Shown: in pieces, positions 1 through 12,419 of the stretch
How positions within the stretch are numbered: the stretch's first letter is position 1
Layout of the letters: every line of letters begins with the position of its first letter
Origin: Octopus sinensis
Taxonomy: Eukaryota
DNA length: 64,000 nucleotides
Reading direction: 5' to 3'
Assembly: GCF_006345805.1 (NCBI RefSeq)
Contig: NC_043008.1
Span: 65,472,001-65,536,000 of the forward strand
The notes under the pieces: model-generated
What the model was told of the DNA's origin: nothing
Database searches by the model: none
Seen by the model: the letters and a program-made list of their open reading frames with translations, nothing else
Made by a program: the position numbers and the translations under genes

Positions 1-699
1 TAACAAATTTTTATCACTATGACACATACATGCATGCACGCATACATGCATACTGCATACACAAAAACACAGACACACATGCATACGTGTGTGTGTGTGT
101 GTTTGTAAAATTTAATTTGTTTACGTATATAATTGTAAAAATATAATTATAGTTAAGGGCTATTGGAAATGACCATCGCCAATGCTAGGAGTAGATGTCA
201 AATACCTACAATCCACTCCAAAATGTGTTCCTTATATTCAGCCACAGGTACATACGCGAGGGAATGAGCAAGAAAATACAAAAAGTATTGGATAATTCTA
301 TACCTTGAGATTTCACGGTCTGCAAAAGATTGCTTTGCGATCTTCAATAGAATATACCATTAATATATAAACAAGAAATACACGTACCCACCGAAAAATT
401 CACCCGCAGATACGAATATATCAGTAGACGAAAAAGCCTTATATATATATATTCTATAGAATTATGCTTATAGGTGTATGTGTGTGTGGTGTGTGTGTGT
501 TAGCGTTTGTGTATGACAATGAAAACATAACCCCTCTCGTCTTTCAAAATAAATTTATATATTTTTGGCATGTGTCACGCAGTCCAATTTGTCTGCCTAA
601 ACCTCCGTTAGATAATCTCAGGGTTCAATGTTTTCAATAAAATCTGTTTTCTTCTTTCTTTCTTTTTTTTTTCGTTTTCTTTTATAATAATCTGAAACG

Positions 700-1150
700 A
701 AAGATCAATGGAAAGTATCAGACTTTTGGAATGAATCATTTGTATTTTATTTTTTGAATTCGCAAATGCTATACTGTTCTCATATTGATTTTTTAAATGA
801 CATTATTTATTAGATAAGAACAAGTCTACCTCGCCATTGTGATAACATATTCGCATTTTTAAGATTTCTCATTTTGAAAAATGGCAAGAAAGATTAGTTT
901 ATGCCTGCTGGTGTATAGACAATATTTTATGTCTGGCGGGGAATCAGTAGTTGATGGAAGCACAATGATATTAGTCTCACTATATTCCCCCTTGCAAACA
1001 GTCTGGTCAGTATTACCCTTCACTGAATCTTTCTTTCAATAGTGCTATTCATTGTCACTTATTACTAATTGTAACATTTTCCCAGTAGACATCTATATGT
1101 ACGGAGAGTCTATAATTGCAGAATGATATTTGAGAGACTTAGTGACAGTA
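700..1150 (+). pseudogene. Decayed piggyBac-like transposase fragment
   Basis: Frameshifted translation gives DFWNES...EFANAI, LRFL(H)FEN, SGGESVVDGSTMI and RHLYV in the order of piggyBac motifs DYW / RFLHF / PG..VDESM / HLYMDN. Many stops, no clear TIRs. Confidence 0.4.
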
Positions 1151-1232
1151 GACAGAGTAGACAGAATGATGTAGCTTCTCTTTCGATAATCTACGAGTTG
1201 TGCATATTTTCAGTTGGTGTAGTTTCCAAATA

Positions 1233-1361
<129 letters not shown>

Positions 1362-1439
1362 TACTGAGTGGCAATATGAAATAATGACACTAACATACGG
1401 AGTGTACAGGGAGTGTTATAAAATGGGGTGTAGGTCGGT

Positions 1440-1815
1440 ATGTTGATTCCAGTAGATGTAGGATTTTGTGAGTGTGTAATGAGATCCACCATTTGTTTGA
1501 CTTTTGGCTAAGGAATTATTGCAACGCAATTGTGTGCAAACTGGAAAAGGGTGGCATCAGGTGCTTCATGAAAATTGCAGAATTGGAATGAGGAGCATCA
1601 AAGTGTGGAGAAATGAGTAGATCCTCAGAAACTATTAAATAAAACGTTGCTGCAAATTTGAAGTAGTTACAGCAACATTCGATTCGGTATAATGGTTAGA
1701 AAGGTATAAGAAAGGAAACAAAATAAGGTTACGATGCGGGTGAAAAGAACCTCGATATTTCATGGTAGCATCAGTGCAATTTGGTAACGCTGGAAGACAC
1801 GATACAGTGGAAGAT
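1440..1815 (+). mobile_element. Highly decayed RTE-clade LINE 3' fragment
   Basis: Broken-frame motifs CVMRST.., IRCFMKIA, IFHGSI..GR..QW resemble the RTE RT C-terminus (LLYGCE.W / RCLRKI / QG...GRP..W). Confidence 0.35.
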
Positions 1816-2202
1816 TACCTAATTTAAAAAATTTTCAGTTGCCAACTGATGAAGCAAATGTTTTGCAAGTACAATATAAATTATAATGATGATATAGTCT
1901 GCAAATAAGAAGTTCAAAAATTGTTTTAAAATGCATAAAAAAAAATACCGTCTCAAGTTTTGCAGTTTCCTTCCTTTGTGAATTTCCAGCAGCAGACGAC
2001 AAAACTACAAAACTGCATGTAGTATAATATACCGTCAGCAATTTTCTCATACTCTCCCAATCTCACTCTCTCTCTCTCCTTCTTTCTCTCTCTTTCTTTC
2101 TTTTACTCTCTCTCCACCTGTCACCCGCTCTACGTCTCTCGATTTCCCTTTCTCTTTCTTTCTCCATCATGCCCAATACCCTTTTTCATTTAGTTGTACC
2201 AG

Positions 2203-2367
2203 GTAGCCATTGATAGAATCACGACACTTTCTCAAAGCCATAGCAGTCACAGGAAATTAGAATTTCTCCATTATTGCAGACAGGAACTAGAAGGTGATTC
2301 ATCGTTGGAAAGTTTATTTGCAATTCATGCTAATAAACTTATAAAATTTTCCAACAACATGCTTTGA
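2203..2367 (+). CDS. Candidate terminal coding exon of an unidentified gene (54 codons)
   Basis: Long pyrimidine tract, AG at 2201-2202, then an open non-repetitive frame VAIDRITTLSQSHSSHRKLEFLHYCRQELEGDSSLESLFAIHANKLIKFSNNML*. No family recognised. Confidence 0.25.
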   Translation, partial: VAIDRITTLSQSHSSHRKLEFLHYCRQELEGDSSLESLFAIHANKLIKFSNNML

Positions 2368-2779
2368 AATCTGTAATTACAGCATTCCCCAAAAATCACA
2401 CCACATTTTGCTAACAGCCAATTCAATAATATAGAAGTAGCAGAAGTTTCTTTTTTTTTTCTGCAATGTTGTTATAATTTCCAACATAGGCACGAGGACA
2501 TTTGTAAACGGGAGAGTGCATTTGTATCGAGCCAGTATTTCACTGTTATTCATTTTATTAATACCTAAATTAAGAAAGACGAGAGACAAGCATGTGATAT
2601 TCGCATACAGTATGTCACTAAATAACAGATGCTTCGCTGGTTTATATATAATATAGTGAGAGAGAGAGACACACACACACACATACAGACAGACAGAAAT
2701 TACAATACCGTTTTTCTAGTCACCGTAATATCTACTACAAATATGTTTTCTCTTATTGACGCAATGCAGGCAGTTTTAA

Positions 2780-3125
2780 AGGAAAGGTTGGTCAATTTCA
2801 TTGATCCTAGTTCTCTATGAAAGGAAAAAATCGACCCCGTCAGAATTTGATATTAGGACATAAAGACAGATGAAATGCTGCTAAGAACTCTTCCCGGCTC
2901 GCTGCTTTCCATGCATTTAATAATTCCTCCTATTAAAGATCCAAGGCCTGAAATTTGGGGAGTGGGGACTAGTCGATTATATCAACTCTTTGCTAGATTT
3001 ATATAGATTTAATTGACCCTGAAAGTTTGGAAGGTAATTTTGACCTCGACAGAATTTGAACTCAGAACGTGAAAACGGACAAAACGCCGCTAAGTATTTT
3101 CTTCGGCATTCTACAATTATGACGC
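2780..3125 (-). mobile_element. Two decayed adjacent family-B SINE fragments
   Basis: Reverse-strand matches to the family-B core (aatttgaactcagaacgt, tcgacccc, aaatttggg). Confidence 0.6.
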
Positions 3126-3146
3126 AAAGTTATATAGAAATACCAA

Positions 3147-3382
3147 TTTCTATTTCTTTACTACCCACAAGGGGCTTAACACAGAGAGGACAAACAAGGA
3201 CAGACAAACGGATTAAGTCGATTATATCGAGCCCAGTGCGCAATTGGTACTTAATTAATCGACCCCGAACGGATGAAAGGCAAAGTTGACCTCGGCGAAA
3301 ATTGAACTCAGAACGTAGCGGCAGACGAAATACCGCTGAGCATTTCACCTGGCGCGCTAAGGATTCTGCCAGCTCGCCGCCT
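3147..3382 (-). mobile_element. tRNA-derived SINE family B, near full length
   Basis: Minus strand has an A-box-like ggcgagctggcaga, B-box-like gagttcaa and central ctttgcctttcatcc..ggggtcgat..aagtaccag. Close match to the copy at 52194-52421. Confidence 0.9.
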
Positions 3383-3414
3383 TAAATATTTAATTATTAA
3401 TGATACTACACATG

Positions 3415-3700
3415 TATTTACCAGACTTCACCAGATTTGGATATTTAGCTTTGACTTCACTGACTTCTCAATTTAAATTTTCATCTCTATAGTACTCTGT
3501 CACATTCTATACTCCTAGATACTTATTATTCTCTCCTTCCAGTGATTTTAATGTCTTGCCATCTGGTAAGTGATTGTCATCCCCGCTGACTACCTGTCCC
3601 TTTTTTAGATCAAATATTGCTCACTTATTTATGGCAAGTGACATTCCTATATCTTTGTTGAAGAGTTTTACAGTTTATATTGAAAAATCTGTCTTTCTAA
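3415..3700 (-). mobile_element. R4/Dong-clade (RLE) non-LTR retrotransposon RT fragment
   Basis: Minus translation LFNKDIGMSLAINK*AIFDLKKGQ...LPDGKTLKSLEGENNKYLGV matches the R4-type FS.DIGM.FG..KC...LKRGK...YKYLG region. Confidence 0.75.
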
Positions 3701-4336
3701 AAAGCATCATATGATCCGTGTAGAACAAATAGTTAATTTTCCCTTTACTAAGTTCCTTTTGCTATTATCGTTTATCCTAATATTTGTTGTATTAGTTGGG
3801 GTGGCAGTGGTGGCGGGCGAGGCGTTCGTCGTGACGATGCTTGTACTTTTATTGATGTCACCCTTATTTGATAATTTTAGTGGTGTGTCATTTATTGCGG
3901 GGAAATTCAATTTCGTAATTGGAATAATTCCAATTCCCGTGCTGCGTTGTCACAGTTGATTTTGCTAAGGGTGTTTGTTGTCATAGTGGTAGCGAGGTTC
4001 AATGTACTTTGAACTTGGTGAGTACTCACCCTCTCTTCAATTTCAGGGTAGAAGGGGATGGACTCTCAGAACTATCACTTAGCTCTTCTTCCATGTCTTT
4101 AAGCATGGCGGACGGCGCCATACATTTTTATAAAGTTATTTTTTCCCTAAACATAATGAAAATTTTCCTTTCGAAATTGACTGCCCAAAGGGTCTCGAAC
4201 AAACAAACCAAATCAAGCTATGCAAATGTTTTTGTTTCAGTAAACATTCTGTAACAAGATGACCAGTTTACAACTTCTGAAGACAAATATTAAAGCAATA
4301 AAATGAACGAGCAATGATGCATGCGTTCTGCTTGTA

Positions 4337-4337
<1 letters not shown>

Positions 4338-4420
<83 letters not shown>
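4338..4420. repeat. (TAA)n microsatellite
   Basis: Directly visible. Confidence 0.98.
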
Positions 4421-4421
<1 letters not shown>

Positions 4422-4423
<2 letters not shown>

Positions 4424-4977
4424 GCCCTCATACAGTACCAGGCAGTGGCTTCCATTGCTTCTTATCGTAACTGATTGGAAGGGTTATCATGACCATTATT
4501 ATGTCTTGATATAAAAGATGGGCTACAGCAATTATTCTGCTCAATACCACAGATTTGTTTGTCAGTTGTTTGACCTTAACCAGTTGAGCATGTCCCTTGG
4601 TCGCTGACTGTATGTGCATCTCTGATCACGAGCAGAAGTAGTGAGAGAGCATCATAGCTATGTTTCGAAAGGAATTCTTTGGGGTCTCAATAATTCTCCT
4701 TTGGAAGCATGGGTGTTTCGCTCAACATTCTTAAACAACTCTTATTCAGGGACCTTTTCAGCGGGATAAGCTACTCGAACTGAAGAAAATTTTAACTGGG
4801 GCCACGTACAAGGTCTTGCACTGTTTATCTTGATATGTGATCACCATGTCGCACACATATGGTTGTGATGCATGTGCTTGGTGTACCCTCATCAGACTGG
4901 TAGCTATGATGTGTATACAGCGCTTCGTATATTTTACGCCAATGTCACTTTGATGGCATGCACTGCTCTCCCACTCA
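4422..4977 (+). mobile_element. ~555-bp non-coding interspersed element bordered by (TAA)n, copy 1 (orientation inferred)
   Basis: Reverse-complement match over its length to 14627-15135. No tRNA head, TIR or ORF seen. Confidence 0.85.
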
Positions 4978-5045
4978 CTATTTTGAAGTCTCTGTATGAC
5001 ACTAGGAGCCAAATTGTACAAATGTAAAGCAAAAGTCAAACATAA

Positions 5046-5120
5046 AAGAAGAAGAAGAAGAAGAAGAAGAAGAAGAAGAAGAAGAAGAAGAAGAAGAAGA
5101 AGAAGAAGAAGAAGAAGAAA
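5046..5120. repeat. (GAA)n microsatellite
   Basis: Directly visible; explains the poly-R and poly-L ORFs. Confidence 0.98.
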
Positions 5121-5136
5121 AGCAACAATAATAATA

Positions 5137-5400
5137 ATGGAAATGGCAAGACTATGGAATGTGAGAGGTTTATGTAAAAGAGATACCAGTGGTATTTGGA
5201 GCGTTGGGCGCGATCCCATTGAAACTACAAGACTTCTCAAAGCAAATAAATTTCCCATTCAAGACTGGTATCTTGCAAAAAGCAGCGTTATTGGGCACAG
5301 CGCACATCTTAAATGAAAGTATTATCTGTCTGAGATCCTTCTTGTGACTTAGATGACTAAAGACTCCAGTGTATTTTTACTTACACTGTGTTTCGAAGGA
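5137..5400 (+). mobile_element. 3' end of an R4/Dong-clade RLE LINE (5'-truncated)
   Basis: EMARLWNV / IPVVFGALGAIPLKLQ...LQKAALLGTAHIL / KVLSV* (two frameshifts) is the characteristic RLE C-terminus. AAT repeats on both sides. Confidence 0.85.
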
Positions 5401-6231
5401 ATAATTATAACAACAATAATAATAATAACAACAACATCCGCACAAGATGTAAACTTCAACCAATATTCACAAAAATTATGAGTGAAACCCTCTGTAAATC
5501 ACACTGCATTTTATTTTTAATATATAATAAGGGGTACCTTGAATAACGAAGTTTTGATAAGTATAAAAAGTTAGAAACGCCACTACATCTACTACTACTT
5601 CTACTACTATTATCGATACCCTTTCATCTTTTCTCTTTCCTGATTATTAATGTCGTTATTATCATGAAAGCCAACCGCATCAATAAGTTCGTCCACATCC
5701 ACCAATATCATTGCCGCTACCACTTCCACAAGAGACGCTATCACTATCTCAACAAACTTCATGTTCTTCAACTTTTCTTCATTTTATTCTACATCGTTAT
5801 CATTGTCTTCGTTCTTTTGCTTCCTGCCGTTTCTCTTTACCCATTCACACTTCTCTCACTCTCTCTCGTTTCCTCTCTCTTTCTCTCTCTTCCTCTATCT
5901 CTCTTTCTCTGTCTCTCTGTCTCTCTCTCTCTTTCCCTCTGTCTCTCTCAGTAGTTGGTATACAGAACGAAAGATGTGTACTCTATACCGCCATCTTCTC
6001 TCCTATCTCCATTACTTGTAGAACAAAGCAATAAACTGCCATTGTTCAATATTAACCAGTCTATTGGAACTAATCTAGGTTTTACAATCTCTTTTACAAA
6101 GACATGGCATGCATGATAGCAGAAGGCAGCGTTTTCTTGCACCTTTTCATTTAAGCTACGCATCATATACAAACTAGCACGATCACGCACAAGCACAAAT
6201 ATACTTATATATATGTATATATACATATATA

Positions 6232-6291
<60 letters not shown>

Positions 6292-6319
6292 TATACAAAT
6301 ACATATAGAGTTATATAGA

Positions 6320-6379
<60 letters not shown>

Positions 6380-7594
6380 ATATATTATATATATATATAT
6401 ATATATACATACATATATATATATATAGTATATATATATATATATATTATATATATATATACATACATATATATATACATATATATGTGTGTGTATGTAT
6501 ATCTGTAAGTATGTATCTGTATATGCATAGAGCCGTACAACACACGGATATATGATTGTATGTGTGTATAAGTATGTGTGCATATCTATGCATGTGTATA
6601 CACATACGTAGGGTGTATGTGTGCGCTATTTTCCATTCCCATTGTTTAAAGGGTGGTGTTTTGTACTTAACGAGCTGTGTTATACATGCAAACATACTTA
6701 CATATGAAAGTATATAGGAAACATGTTTACATGTGTACATGTATACATATATATATATACGTGCATAAATGCAGGCGAACATATAACTTTCTTTTGTCAG
6801 AATACACGAAAAATCCAACGTCAGTGACGGTCTTCTCTAAACTGAATCATTGATATGCAAGAGTTTTGAGCTAAAATTTACGTTCAAACATAGTAATGTT
6901 TGTCACTTTGACCTCGCATATATTGCTCTCACTACATCCTTTGCATTTAGAGCAAGTAATATCAAAAGCACAGCTTAAGATTCCGCACTATCTACTCCAG
7001 TAAGTTATGATTACGTGTTCAATATCTATCTAATTGGACTAATTCTTTCATCTCTCCATGGTCAATAAAATATTTAGAATTATATCACGAGATGAATTGC
7101 ATTGGTAGATAAAACTCAGCTCTTAAAATTACTTTGTGCTTGGCTACAAGAAATAAGGAAATAGTATTTTTTTCTCGTCAGTAACAAGATCATGATACCC
7201 AATGAGCCACGACGGGAACATTTACATAACTGGTAAATCTGCTAGAAATAGGAGTCTGTCTCTTTCAGTAAGGTATTTATTCGTGTTAAATCGGAAACGT
7301 GCATGTGTTTAAATTGTTAAGAAGAAAATCGGGACAGTCACGGTTAGAAACTATTTGATCTCTGCCTGATCCCGCGAAGCCAACTCTGCGCTTAACAAAA
7401 CATCTTAACCAAGATAGTTAAGTGATTGTTTAATACTATGGTCACCAATTTCTCTTCTGTAATGTGTGACTATTATTATTTTAATAACGGCAGTGAGATG
7501 AAAGTCGAAAATTACGCTGGTAGAGGTTGAAGTCATAAATCTTTATTCGCGGATGAGTCAGAGAGTACTGCATATAATACTTATATTCATTTCT

Positions 7595-7783
7595 GACTAA
7601 CTCTGAAATTTGGTGGAGGCATGAGGAGTTGTCAATTGTATTGACTTCAGTCCTCAATTGGTACGTAGCTCATTGACCCTGAAAGGATGAAAGGCAAATT
7701 TTACCTTGGCGGAATTTGACGGACGAAATGCTGCTAAGCATGCATTTTGTTAGGAGTGCTAATGATCCTGGCAGTTTGCTGTC
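7595..7783 (-). mobile_element. SINE family B, decayed
   Basis: attgaccctgaaaggatgaaaggcaaa...cggaatttga core. Confidence 0.8.
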
Positions 7784-7918
7784 TTGATAATGAATAGAAG
7801 CATATTTAACAACCGTAAAACATTTAGGTTGACGTGTTGTCATTTTTCCCACAACATTCCTCTCTATTAGAAATATTGAATTTCTAAATGTCTGAGAGAC
7901 GTGAGAGGTGGCGGGGCG

Positions 7919-7970
7919 ATATAGTGGTTGTATACTGTCAACTCAACGTGACAGTATACAACCACTATAT
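7919..7970. repeat. Perfect 22-bp inverted repeat with 8-nt loop
   Basis: atatagtggttgtatactgtca-actcaacg-tgacagtatacaaccactatat. Confidence 0.95.
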
Positions 7971-10488
7971 TCCTCTTTATATTTGATGAAAAATATATGT
8001 AACAGATCGTATAACAAATAAGTGTCTTATAACAAAGAATATACGTGCTTATAAACTTTCTCTAAAGTGTAATTTAGTGACGATATCTCTTGGAAATAAT
8101 ATTTGAGATTGGATACTAAATCAGTACTTTTCACCAGACTAAGTCCGAATTAAAAATACTAATTTATTTTGCACAATAAATTAGTCATCATTTCTACAAC
8201 ACAACAAGGCAATCTTCTGGTTTAATCTGCAAGAAATAGCAACCAAGTCCACCTTGAGGCACACCTCACCATCATGCAAAAATGCAAGAGTACATGTAGT
8301 CTGAGATGTAAAAAGTGATCGAATGAGTATGACTGGAGAAAGGTAGATGAAACATGTTCTATCAGTTTTGACGTTTAAGATAGACAACCGTAAATATTTT
8401 GTCGAGCACATTATTAAATAACCGCTATTAGTGGATCATTTTCAAATATTTACACGGATTTGATTTAAAGCCAAGTCGCTATATTGATACAATATTTCGT
8501 ATAAGCTAGATTGAAATCGTGATAGTTATGTGTACATTGTCTCTAATAATTTAAACCTCAAATACAGTTATTTTAAGCTTTATTAATATACATCCTTGCA
8601 CACAAGATTTAAAAGAGAGGGCGATAGCGTTTTAAACATTACAACTTTTTTCTCGTGTATTTCCGAAATAATGTGATGTAATCCCAACAGAAATTGAATG
8701 AGGATAGCAGTTACGGTCGTCCCAAAACTTACTACAAAATATACGGTCCATGCTTTTCAGTAATAATTTCATACGTTCAGATTTGACTCTGAATATTTGT
8801 AGTGTTCATGGTACAGGTAATTTAAACACAATTTTATTCAAATTTAATTCATCAACTTAGAATATATAAAGCAAAAAATTATCACTGTTATTTAATTTCA
8901 GAAGCCTAAATTAAATAGAACATAGAAGCCTAAATTAAATATAGCGAGTCGCCAATATTTTAACGTTAAACTAAATTCTTTACGTGGAATTTAATATTCT
9001 AATGCGACATGCTTTGCATCAAACTTGATCATACGATAGAAATTACTTCAAGTTTAAATTCCTTTAAATTTTCAGAATTTGCTACAGTCTATACTATAGA
9101 ATATTTACAACAAAAAAATATAATCGGGTCGGTTTTGTAGTGTTTCACTGACCTCTGAATTATTGCTTCTTCTGCGATTTGGTATGGCTTTTTCAGTAAT
9201 TTTGTAATTAAAAAAAAACCTTAAGAATTTTTCACTTACATCTATCGAGGTAGAACTTCAAATGCCTCAGTCATATAAAATTATTCGAAACGGTAAGTAA
9301 CCAAAGCATTTGCTAATCTTGCAGTTTTCCCTTTATTGCTGTAATACCTCGTGAATTTACGTATTGTGGGATATGTTTACTGGGCTACTGACCAATGAGT
9401 GTATTTACTAGGTACACATAGGAGTGCTTGTGATTAGTTACGAGCCGTAGATTTATCTCTATAAAGGGCAAAAACGTATTTACTTGGTCGACTGACATTT
9501 TATACTCACAACATTTAACTAAGATCACACTTCCTATGTTACAGACGCTATTTTATGGTAGAGGTGGTCGGTAGTGATTTTTTGATATAGGATTATATTT
9601 CGAGATTATAAGCAGCAGGATTATGTTGAAGGGTTTAAGATTGGGATTAATGCTGAGGGATTATTGAGGGATACGATGATTGTTTACGTCGGGAGGTCTA
9701 TGATGGATCTTGTGATAATGATTTATGAAGAATGATTATGATAGTGGCCTATGGCGCAGGGCATTAGTGAATATTTTATGATTAATATTTTACGCGAGAG
9801 GATTATAATTGGGGTATATGATAGCTTTATTAAATGACGGCTTTATGTTGGTGATATATTGGAGTGCTAATTGCGAAAGAGATTTGGGGTTATGGCGTTT
9901 TATTTCAAACTGAATGTTTTACAGAGTTTTTTTTTTACCCTTTATTCTTAAGATCATTATTTATATAATAATCCACCAGAAAACATTTGCAAAATAAATT
10001 TTGCAAGCTTATCCCTTTTATTTTGAAAACACCAGTAATGTTTGCTTTAGAATTTTAGCAAACCAAGTTGCCAACATTATTGAAGAAAAAAAAACCGTAG
10101 ATTGCCAAAGAACTGTCACAAATTTTCAGACACTATGTCAATCAATTTTATAAACCAGAACTCATCTGAATTCTAGCTTGACCAACGTCTATCGACCTTC
10201 TAAAAATAGATCTTTTGGCAGCAGAAAATGGATCTGCACTGCTGAGTAATGTGACATTCGATGCAAATACAGTGAAAGATGCATATACAATGAAAGATGC
10301 AAACACAAGCATATCCAAACGATTATTTCTCTCTCAAATGTACCGTCACTTTGACAATTGATTATTTGATCATTATCCTTTTTTCTGTCCTTCTTACTCT
10401 GGCTTCTTCTCTCACCACATGTATGTATACGGAAACACATACACATATATACATGCTTGTATGGTTACATATAGCAATATATGTATGT

Positions 10489-10528
<40 letters not shown>

Positions 10529-10532
10529 GACA

Positions 10533-10814
10533 TCTTTTATCGTTTACTTGTTTCAGTCATTCGACTGCGGCCATGCTGGGCAACGCCTTGAAACTTTATT
10601 CGAATAAATCAACCCCACTACTTTTTTATAAAAAGCCTGATACTTACTCTCTCGGTCACTTTTGTTGAAACCAATATGTTACGGGGACGTAAACAAACCA
10701 CCACGGGTTGCCAAGCTGTGGTAGGGAAAAACACAGACACACACACACATATGTATGCGACGGGCTTCTTACAGTTTCGGTCTACTAGAGCCTCTTACAA
10801 GGCTTTGGTGGCCC
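10533..10814 (-). mobile_element. SINE family A (bipartite, internal microsatellite), head missing
   Basis: tttacttgtttcagtcattcgactgcggccatgctgg...ttacggggacgtaaac...(CA)n...cgacgggcttct, shared with other A copies. Confidence 0.85.
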
Positions 10815-10941
10815 AATATATATAAACGTAAAACACAATGACCCAGTTATAAGAGTTTAGTAAGCTTCAAGCAGCCCATAGAAGGGATAAAATACAACCT
10901 TCAGGAATAATAGTAGATTATTGTCACAGTAATTTGTAAGA

Positions 10942-11103
10942 TTTTCCCTTATCGAAGTTTGATGAGCTGAAAAATGTTTTTTCTGTAGTTCACTGCAAGC
11001 AACTGGGTTTGCTATGAATGCGTATGTATAGTTTTACCATTAAGTGATAAACCACCAAATTATCTTCAACTGTGTTCCCTTATTGACCAGAAACTCTATC
11101 TCC
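10942..11103 (+). repeat. ~160-bp dispersed direct repeat, copy 1 (copy 2 at 12218-12378)
   Basis: Shared text such as aagtgataaaccaccaaattatcttcaact and gctgaaaaatgttt. Confidence 0.85.
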
Positions 11104-11213
11104 TAACCAATTCACCTGACTACTAAAAGTTACCCTCCACCTCTTTTCTTCACAATTTTACCTCTAAAAGTCTTCCCTTTTCTTTTCTTTGATGTTGTTT
11201 AAATGTATATATG

Positions 11214-11373
11214 TAGCTGGCAGAAACGTTAACACGCCGAACGAAATGCTTAGCGACATTTCGTCCTTTCGGGGTCAATAAATTAAGCAAGCACCAGTTG
11301 CGTACTGGGGTTGATCTAATCGACTAGCCCCTTTCCCCTAAGTTTCCGGCCCTGTGCCTAGAGTAGAAAAGAA
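11214..11373 (+). mobile_element. SINE family B with internal deletion
   Basis: agctggcagaaacgttaacacgccgaacgaaatgcttagc...cctttcggggtcaataaattaag. Confidence 0.85.
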
Positions 11374-12217
11374 TATATTTATTCATCTGTTTACAGTTGA
11401 CATACTTTAGTCGAAGGTATCAACCCGAGTACCTGTATTCACAAAGACCTTCCTTTTGTCAGTTTCAATCTAACCAAAATTCCCTCCCCTCTTCCTCCTC
11501 TCCATTTCTTTACTCTTACTCTAATTCTTAACAGCTTTAAACAATTAACCACTCCTACTTTTTATTTTTTCATATATATATTTTTCCATTTTGTTTTCAC
11601 ATGACGTGCTTTATCATTTTCAATGAAATCTCCTCGACGACAATGTAACCTTCATTTAATCAAGGTATCATCCGCCTGGTGAGTAGTTAATATTTACGAG
11701 GTTCTGGTAGCTACGAAATACATGTAACCTGATAACCTGGATTTTATTTGGTCCAATCCCTTAATTTGGATTATATATATATATATATATATACATATAT
11801 AGATAGATAAAGCATGCTTTATTCGTGATCAGAGTTGTTCGAAAAGCAAGGTGCTACTCTCTCTCTCTCTCTTAGTTTTCTTAATATATACTGATTAGAT
11901 GTGGTTATTATTGCTTTTAAGTTCGAGTTTATAGAATACGATAACTTCAATGGTATCTCCGATTTTTACCCAGTATATTATAAAACGGTTTAATGTTATT
12001 AACGTCACCTGGATTATACTAACATATTGGGTATTTTCTGTGTTTCTTATCGTTTCTAATTATACGGATGGTCCCAAGATTTAATGTATTTGTGGGAGAG
12101 AGAGAGAGAGAGATACATATATTTATATACATATATATATGACAGAGAGAGTGAGACTGAGGGAGATACATGTGTGTGTATGCAAACACATGCATTATTG
12201 GCGCAGAAGTGTGTAAC

Positions 12218-12378
12218 TTTTCCCATATCGATGTTTGATAAGCTGAAAAATGTTTGTCTATAGTTCCCTGTTAGCAACTAGGTTTGCTATGTATGCGTAT
12301 GTATAGTTTAACTGTTAAGTGATAAACCACCAAATTATCTTCAACTATGTTCCATTATTGACCAGAAACTTTATCTCC
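12218..12378 (+). repeat. ~160-bp dispersed direct repeat, copy 2
   Basis: See 10942-11103. Confidence 0.85.
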
Positions 12379-12419
12379 CACATCGCTCTCTTGAGGGACG
12401 CTAGAGATAGATCTAAAAA

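Noticed and set aside
1850-1880. CTGATGA followed by a small hairpin
   Set aside because: No GAAA box or cleavage triplet follows.
3543-3565. 23-nt micro-exon-like AG...GTAAGT
   Set aside because: Antisense to an R4 LINE fragment; likely a cryptic chance signal.
9262-9292. Possible first coding exon MPQSYKIIRN followed by GTAAGT
   Set aside because: Too short, no linked downstream exon found; expected by chance in 64 kb.
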